From: a virus
Lineage: Duplodnaviria; Caudoviricetes
Virus record (IMG/VR): IMGVR_UViG_3300037465_000242
Span: 1-58,253 of that record
Reading direction: 5' to 3' (one strand)
Length of the DNA stretch: 58,253 bases
The notes under the pieces are model-generated. The model worked only from the letters and a program-made list of their open reading frames with translations. It searched no databases and was not told the DNA's origin. Shown one piece after another: positions 52,162 to 58,253 of the stretch (the first letter of the stretch is position 1; every line of letters starts with the position of its first letter). Position numbers and translations under genes: made by a program.

Positions 52162-53033
52162 AGGGACAACGCCGCCTGTCGCGGCCTCTCGACCTCAGAG
52201 AGGTTGCGCGCCGCCTGCTCGTAGTAGCTGCGCTTGAGCTCGACCCCCACGAACCGTCGTCCCTCCTGCAGCGCGACGTAGCCCTCGGAGCCGATGCCGG
52301 CGAAGGGCGAGAACACGACATCGCCCGGGTTGCTCCAGAGAAGCAGGGCGCGCCGGATGACCTCGAGCTGCAGCGGGCATATGTGACGCTCGTCGGCCTC
52401 CTCCCGCGCGCTGCGGAACTGCAATGTGTCGCTCGGGTCGATGTCCATCCACACGGGCGAGGCGTAGCGCTGCCAGAGCTGCACCGGGAACGACTCGTCG
52501 GTGTGCGCGATGGGCTCCTCGTTGGTGCCAGGCTTGCGCATCGTGACGAGGTAGTCGGGTATGCCTTGCCTGCTCATCGAGGAGTCCTTCTTGAGCTGTA
52601 TGTGCAGCAGCCCGAGAGCCTTGGTGCGCTGCATCGCCGTGACGGGATCCTTCCAGATCACGACCTCGGAATGGTGCACCCACCCGGCGCGAGCGAACGA
52701 CCGGATGAGATCACCCCGGAAGTCACGCAGGCCGATGACGCCGTCGCGCATTTTCGACGTCGGCAGGAGCATGCAATGGAACGAGAGCAATCGACCCGGC
52801 TTGGTGACACGATAGAGCTCGGGTACGAGAAACTCGAGGTGATCGACGAACTGATCGTGATCGGCGCTGTTACCCATGTCCCGCGGCGACGCCGAGTAGG
52901 TATAGAGACTCGCGAACGGCGGCGAGAACACCGAGTAGTGCACCGAGGCGTCCGGCACGCCCCTGATGACCTCGCACGTGTCGGCTTGGTAGATCGCGAA
53001 CTTCTCGCCGTGGCACTGATCAAGAACCTTCAT
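52158..53033 (-). CDS. DNA methyltransferase (N4-C/N6-A, beta-class motif order)
   Basis: VFSPPF, HICPLQL, VFSPFAGIGSEG, GVELK.SY; ATG 53033. Confidence 0.9.
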   Translation of the reverse strand: MKVLDQCHGEKFAIYQADTCEVIRGVPDASVHYSVFSPPFASLYTYSASPRDMGNSADHDQFVDHLEFLVPELYRVTKPGRLLSFHCMLLPTSKMRDGVIGLRDFRGDLIRSFARAGWVHHSEVVIWKDPVTAMQRTKALGLLHIQLKKDSSMSRQGIPDYLVTMRKPGTNEEPIAHTDESFPVQLWQRYASPVWMDIDPSDTLQFRSAREEADERHICPLQLEVIRRALLLWSNPGDVVFSPFAGIGSEGYVALQEGRRFVGVELKRSYYEQAARNLSEVERPRQAALSL

Positions 53034-54436
53034 GTCGACTCCGAGGTGAGCCACGACGGTATGACCATCGGGGCAGTTGGGCAGTAGTCGTTCCACTCGC
53101 GGCGCGCGGCGCCCACCGATGCGCGCACGGCCTCGAGCACGTGGATCGCGGTCTCGTCGGCGAGCCTGGCGGCGTCGGCCTCCTTGCGGCGGTAGTTCGC
53201 CGTGATCGCGGAGTCGGTCTCGGCGCGGATGACGAACACGTCGACGGGGCGTCTCTGTCCGAATCGCCAGCAACGGCGGATGGCCTGGTAGGTCTGCTCG
53301 TACGAGTGCGAGGCGCCCACGAAGATCTGGCGTGCGCAGTGCTGCCAGTTCATGCCGAACCCGGCGATGCTGGGCTTGGTCACGAGGACGCGATACCGGC
53401 CGTCTGCGAACCCGAGGAGGCGGTCCTCCTTGTCGTCGGGCGCGTCCGAGCCGCGCACCTGCACGGCGCCGGATATGGCCCGCTCGATCGCGTCGCCCTC
53501 GTCGTTGAGCTCGCACCATACGAGCGCCGGCTCGTCGCCGGCGGCGAGCTCCGCCGCGGCCTCGACGCGCCTATCGAGAGTGGCCCGGCGCACCGCGCGC
53601 TGCTCCGCGAGCGTCATTGACTCGGTCGCGAACAGGGCGCCGCTCCTCCACGCCTCGGTGTGGTCGACGCGCAGAACGCGCTCGTGCATGCGCAGCGGCG
53701 GGAGCGCGAACCCGTCGTTGGGATAGCCGAGGTCGCTCGGCCTGCGCACGATGGCCCCCCACCCGGCGACCCATCGCCAGAACGCGGCGACGGCATGCCC
53801 CTTGAGCCGCCAGTTCTGCGTGCTGCCGCCGTCGTGCACAAAGTACTCGGAGAGCATCTCCGTGCGCGTCTTTATGCCGAGGAACTCGGAGTGGTTGCCG
53901 AGCTCCGTGTGGTCGTTCGGTGCCGGCGTCGCGGTGCAGGCCAGCCGAAACGGGGTCGCGCTGAACGCTCCGATCAGGGCGGTGCGCGTCGCGCCGTCGT
54001 AGCTCTTGAGGATGCTCGACTCGTCTAGGACGATTCCGTGGAACCGGCTCGGGTCGAAGCGATCGAGAATGTCGTAGTTGGTGACGACGATGCGGCTGCC
54101 GTCGTCCTGGCGGCGGTACTCGGCGTCTATGCCACAGGCCCGCGCTTCGCGCACGGTCTGCTGCGCGACGGCGAGCGGCGTAAGGATGAGCACGCGGCCG
54201 TGGCGGGAGACGTGCCTTGCCCAGTCGAGCTGCATGCGCGTCTTGCCGAGCCCCGTGTCAGCGAAGATGGCTGCGCAGCTGCGGCGCAGCGCCCACGCGA
54301 CGAGGTCGCGCGCGAACGGGAACAGGTAATCGCCGGGCGCGATCTCGCTCGCGTCGAGGCCCTGCGCGCGCATAGGCTCGATCTTGCTCGCGATCCACGA
54401 GTCGTAGTCGACTCGCATGCTTTGCTCGGCGCTCAC
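53030..54436 (-). CDS. SF2 helicase coupled to the methyltransferase
   Basis: DTGLGKT, LDESSILK, TATPAPND, GFGMNWQ, QAIRRCWRFGQ; GTG 54436 after GAGGAG. Confidence 0.88.
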   Translation of the reverse strand: MSAEQSMRVDYDSWIASKIEPMRAQGLDASEIAPGDYLFPFARDLVAWALRRSCAAIFADTGLGKTRMQLDWARHVSRHGRVLILTPLAVAQQTVREARACGIDAEYRRQDDGSRIVVTNYDILDRFDPSRFHGIVLDESSILKSYDGATRTALIGAFSATPFRLACTATPAPNDHTELGNHSEFLGIKTRTEMLSEYFVHDGGSTQNWRLKGHAVAAFWRWVAGWGAIVRRPSDLGYPNDGFALPPLRMHERVLRVDHTEAWRSGALFATESMTLAEQRAVRRATLDRRVEAAAELAAGDEPALVWCELNDEGDAIERAISGAVQVRGSDAPDDKEDRLLGFADGRYRVLVTKPSIAGFGMNWQHCARQIFVGASHSYEQTYQAIRRCWRFGQRRPVDVFVIRAETDSAITANYRRKEADAARLADETAIHVLEAVRASVGAARREWNDYCPTAPMVIPSWLTSEST

Positions 54437-54718
54437 GTCTCCTCCTCGCGGCGCTCGGCCGCTTCGATCAGCTGCAGCTCGTCCGGCGGGTTCGACTGCA
54501 GGAAGACCAGGATCTTGGGGCTCGGGGCTCACGAGCAAGAACTCGATCCCGACGACCAGGCCTCGGACGTGGGCGGGCTCGCACCCGGGCGCCATGCCGG
54601 CGAGGTCCGTACATGACGCGCGTGCCGACCTGGAGCGCGAGCCAGCGCTCGCCGTTCGGATCGCGACGCTGGAGCGCGGGCTTCTCGCGATCGCGGGTCG
54701 GGGCGTAGAACTCGGCGA

Positions 54719-55165
54719 TCACGGCGCGTCCTCCGCGCGCTCGGCGTGGTCGCTCGACTCGGAGTGCAGCGGGCAGCCCGGGTCGTCGAGGTCGCGCTCG
54801 CCGTTCTCTTTGGGCGGGCATGAGCAGTCGCCGTGGTTCGGACACCACGTCGCGGCGAGGCCGGTGCACTCGGGCCTCGGCACCTTCGCCGGCCAGAACC
54901 GCTGAAGCGAGGCCACGCGCTCGAACCAAGGCCCGTGTTCGCACGTCGACGGCCACGGATCGATCCGCACCCACGCCTCGCGGTCGAGCCACACGAGATC
55001 GAGGCGCTTGGCGCCGAACGGCTCGCCCGAGAACTCCGGCTCCTCGTCGGTCTGGTAGAACTCGATGCCGAGCGCGGTGACGACGCGGGCGAACCGCTCG
55101 GGGTAGTGGACGCCGAAGGCGTCCCACGGCAGCCCCGTCAGCTCGGCGATCTCGCGGTCGGTCAC
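54719..55165 (-). CDS. hypothetical protein with Cys/His-rich C-terminus
   Basis: GTGA-coupled start; CTG..ATWCPNHGDCSC...CPLH. Confidence 0.5.
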   Translation of the reverse strand: MTDREIAELTGLPWDAFGVHYPERFARVVTALGIEFYQTDEEPEFSGEPFGAKRLDLVWLDREAWVRIDPWPSTCEHGPWFERVASLQRFWPAKVPRPECTGLAATWCPNHGDCSCPPKENGERDLDDPGCPLHSESSDHAERAEDAP

Positions 55166-55362
55166 GGCACGAGCTCCTTCAGCCGCGCGATCGCCTGTTC
55201 CTGCGCGACCTGCAGCTCGGCGATCTTCGCCACGACCCACGCCTCGAACAGCGCGTGGCGAACGTGCCCTCCGTCCGCTGGATGCCGCGCGGCGGAGCAA
55301 TAGCGCATCTCGCGCGTCAGCTCGTCGCGACGCTTAAGAACGGTCTCTTCGGGCGCGGGCAT
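55162..55362 (-). CDS. hypothetical protein
   Basis: GAGG RBS; 66 aa directly after the primase gene. Confidence 0.45.
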   Translation of the reverse strand: MPAPEETVLKRRDELTREMRYCSAARHPADGGHVRHALFEAWVVAKIAELQVAQEQAIARLKELVP

Positions 55363-55376
55363 CGTCGTTCCTCACT

Positions 55377-57899
55377 TCAGAAAGGCTCTTCGGCCGCGTT
55401 GATCGCCGGCACGTCGAGGCCGTCCACCTCGTCCGAGTCGTCCTCGCCTGGCTCGCGTTCCGCGCTCGGCGGCGTCTCGCCGTCCCAGAGCGTCCGCAGC
55501 ATCGTCTCCTCGTGGCCGACGTTCGACTTCGCCCAGCCGAACAGCATGTCGACCATGATCTCGCGGTAACGATAGCGCACGGCCTTGCCGGTCGCGGGGT
55601 TCTTCCACCTGAGACACGGCCGCTCTTTCTTGCTGATGGCGCGCACGGCCGCGCACACCTTGCCGGTCTCGGGCTCGATGTTCGTGTCGTAGAGGTAGAG
55701 CTTCCAGCCCTGAACGATGGACTCCTCGTTGACGAGGAGCCGCCCCTTGCCCACGCGGATCAGGCCGTCGTTGCGCTGGAGGTAGGGCTTCGGGTTCATC
55801 AGGAAGTGCACGAGCCAGTCGCAGACGCGCGACGTCCAGTCGGAGGAGACGAGCAGCAGGCGGTGCATCTGAGAGACGTCGCCCTCGACCCAGAAGCGCC
55901 GGCCGCGCTCGACTTTGCGGTTCTGCGCCAGCCACAGCGCATGCGACGCTATGCCGCCCTTGGCCCAGCCGTCGCGCAGCTCGGCCGGGAGCGACTCGAG
56001 GAGCCGCGTCGCCTCCTCGGGGGCGTCGATGTAGAGGAATCGCCGGGCCACCGCCTCGAGGTCCTGGCCGCTGACGGCGTCCTTGTTCGAGAGGAGGAAC
56101 TCATTGTTGGCGGTGATGATGAGTCGAATGGCGCCGCGCAGCGTGCAGGGCGGCAGGTACTTGCGGGTGAGCGTGCGCTCGAGGGTCGAGATGATCGAGC
56201 GGAGCTTGGTCGTGATCGAGTTGCCCTTCCAGTGGCGCGGCAGGGCCTCGTCTGCTAGCACCAGCGGGCAGCGAACGATCTCGTCGTTGAAGTCGGAGAG
56301 CACCTTGTCGAGCTCGCCGGGCGTGTCGGACCAGAGGCGCGCGAGGCCCTGGGCGAGGATGGTCTTGCCGGCGCCCGAGTGTCCGGCGACGTAGACGGCG
56401 CAGAGCAGCTTGTCGAGGTCGGGAACGCAGGCGAGCCAGTCGCAGAGCTTGCCGTACTGGTCGCCGGCGAAGACCTTGAGCCAGCCGTCGATCTGCTCGT
56501 CGAAGCGGGGAGCGACGTCCGGGCTGAGCGGCCGCACCGCCTCGAAGACGCGCCGGCGTCGCTCGTCGAAGGTGGTCTCTTGCGCCGTGAGGTCGGCGAC
56601 GATCTCGACCGCGACCATGCCGAAGTCCTCGGCGAGCTCCTGCACGGGGCGCCTGCGGTAGCCGCCCTTCGCCAGCGGCTCGTTGAGCAGCACCGGGGCG
56701 CGGGCGAGTATCTCGACGGCCGCGGTGCGCGCGGTGCCGGCGGGGAACGGGCCGCGGTAGGCGCCGTCGCCCGCCAGCAGGTAGAAGGCGGAGTCGCCGG
56801 CCTGGATGATCCAGCGCCGCCGCAGCGCCTCGGCCGCGCCGCCGGATCCGTCGGTCGCGAGCCCCTGCTTCTCGGCGATGGCGCGGAGCTCGTCGTCGGT
56901 GTACTTGCCCTGGCCGACCGGGGCGTTCCTGAGCTGGTGCTCGTAGGCCTTCTCGATCGCCTCGGCCTTCGCCTGCGTCTCCCACTCGGCGACCTTCGCC
57001 AGCGCGTCGGTGTAGCAGCGCACGGCGTCCTCGACGTCCGGCGCCTCGCCGTCGCGGGCGGCCATCGCGCCGTAGGACGGCGCGAACGCCTCGCGGATCG
57101 CCTCCTCGGAGAAGGGCTGCTCGCGCGACTTCTGCGCCAGCCACATCGTCACCTGGAGCGCCACCTCGTGGCGGCTGCCTTTCGGCGCGAACGGTTCGCC
57201 CTTGGCGACGGCGCGCACCGCGTCGAGGATCTCTGGCCCCGGGCGGCCCCTCTCGAGCAGGCGCAGGAGGGCGGCGGCCCCAAGGGAGCGCGTCGCGCGG
57301 TCGGCGGACGGCCCGGACCCCGCGACCAGCCGCTCGGCGTCGATCCACTCGCCCTCGTTCTCGAGGCTCCAGGCAACGTCGGGGTTCCAGGTCGAGGGCG
57401 CGAAGAAGACGCGGCCGACGTCCTTGGTCTTGCGGTCGTTGCGGCCGCCGACGAGCTTGTTGAGGGCCTGCCAGGCGGCCTTGTGCTTCGCCGGCGGGAG
57501 CGGCTCGCGCAGCGGCAGCACGAAACGGACCTTGATCTTGCCACCAGCGGCCGGCGCGGCGTGCCGGTGCGAGGTGTAGGCGACCCAAGCGTAGGGCGCG
57601 ATCGCCTCGACCACGGCCGCCAGGCCCGCCTCGTCGACGTCGTCGAGGTCGAGGCCGAGCGCGTGCACCGCGACGACGTTGGCGCCCTTGTGTCCCTGGC
57701 CCTGCGGGATCTCGCCGAGCACGTAGCAGATGCCGTCCTTGGCGGCGTTGAGCGCCTTCTCGTCCGCGCCGTCCTCGACGGAGCCGCGCCGCTCGTGCCG
57801 CGAGAACATCTCGACCCACTCGGGCCACGATCGGGACTCCGGGTTCCCCTTGTCGTCGCGGAGGCACTCGTAGCGGGTGAAGACGACCTGCCGGGTCAC
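55377..57899 (-). CDS. primase-helicase (AEP-like N-terminus + SF3-type NTPase)
   Basis: LDLDD, YTSHRH, RFVLPL, D..RVFFAP; C-terminal GHSGAGKT, VLADE, IITAN, RRF. Confidence 0.85.
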   Translation of the reverse strand: MTRQVVFTRYECLRDDKGNPESRSWPEWVEMFSRHERRGSVEDGADEKALNAAKDGICYVLGEIPQGQGHKGANVVAVHALGLDLDDVDEAGLAAVVEAIAPYAWVAYTSHRHAAPAAGGKIKVRFVLPLREPLPPAKHKAAWQALNKLVGGRNDRKTKDVGRVFFAPSTWNPDVAWSLENEGEWIDAERLVAGSGPSADRATRSLGAAALLRLLERGRPGPEILDAVRAVAKGEPFAPKGSRHEVALQVTMWLAQKSREQPFSEEAIREAFAPSYGAMAARDGEAPDVEDAVRCYTDALAKVAEWETQAKAEAIEKAYEHQLRNAPVGQGKYTDDELRAIAEKQGLATDGSGGAAEALRRRWIIQAGDSAFYLLAGDGAYRGPFPAGTARTAAVEILARAPVLLNEPLAKGGYRRRPVQELAEDFGMVAVEIVADLTAQETTFDERRRRVFEAVRPLSPDVAPRFDEQIDGWLKVFAGDQYGKLCDWLACVPDLDKLLCAVYVAGHSGAGKTILAQGLARLWSDTPGELDKVLSDFNDEIVRCPLVLADEALPRHWKGNSITTKLRSIISTLERTLTRKYLPPCTLRGAIRLIITANNEFLLSNKDAVSGQDLEAVARRFLYIDAPEEATRLLESLPAELRDGWAKGGIASHALWLAQNRKVERGRRFWVEGDVSQMHRLLLVSSDWTSRVCDWLVHFLMNPKPYLQRNDGLIRVGKGRLLVNEESIVQGWKLYLYDTNIEPETGKVCAAVRAISKKERPCLRWKNPATGKAVRYRYREIMVDMLFGWAKSNVGHEETMLRTLWDGETPPSAEREPGEDDSDEVDGLDVPAINAAEEPF

Positions 57900-58127
57900 G
57901 GGCGCGCCCCGGCGTTTTGGCGACGCGGTTTCGGCGCCTGCGCCGCCTTGATCCGCGTTCCGAGGTCGCTGGGTTTCATCTCTATCGCCCCCCCCCCTCC
58001 GATTCGATGGCGAGCCCGTCGTTCGAGGCGGCGCTATATACCAAGCGCGGCCGGTGAGACAATGAAATTTTCACTTAGCGATCGGATAATTCGCGCGTTC
58101 GCGATCGCGAGGAGGGCGCCGGCCGCG

Positions 58128-58240
58128 CTGGATCAGGTCTGGATCAAACCGCGCTTGATCCGGGGTCTTAGAACTCAAGTGCGCGAATTAATTAGAGAGT
58201 CAGCCAAAAACACGGGTTTGCGAGGTGGATCACCGGATCC
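58128..58240. repeat. cluster of GGATCA/TGATCC hexamers, right end
   Basis: GGATCA at 58130, 58141, 58227; TGATCC at 58156; GGATCC at 58235. Confidence 0.7.
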
Positions 58241-58253
58241 CTTATATCTTTTA

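Noticed and set aside
57986-57997. Poly-C tract upstream of the primase as a phase-variation switch
   Set aside because: Non-coding homopolymer with no evidence of length variation from a single sequence; may be a sequencing artefact

Overview
The window reads as a near-complete genome (~58 kb, very GC-rich) of a tailed dsDNA phage with a contractile tail. The + strand arm (177-32494) carries packaging, head, sheath/tube tail, baseplate, fibre and lysis genes. The - strand arm (57899 down to ~32500) carries primase-helicase, two SF2 helicases, two DNA methyltransferases, a PD-(D/E)XK exonuclease, an intein-containing family A polymerase, a ligase, a resolvase, nucleotide-metabolism genes and small early genes. 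I recognised no integrase, tRNA or CRISPR array. Two things stand out. (1) Two type I hammerhead ribozymes in the same orientation bracket a DUF932-like gene, so self-cleavage would excise a 1222-nt single-gene RNA that could circularise. (2) A 1565-aa head-module protein strings a Pol-beta-type nucleotidyltransferase, His-rich repeats, a SAM methyltransferase, an ATP-dependent ligase, a UDG-like domain and a LigD-type 3'-phosphoesterase onto an XkdF-like prohead protease. A hydrophobic-x-Lys-small motif sits at the domain junctions, suggesting a self-processed, virion-delivered nucleic-acid repair kit. Several accessory genes carry deletions, frameshifts or stops while the core genes look intact. 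All product calls come from motif recognition and gene order; no database search was run.
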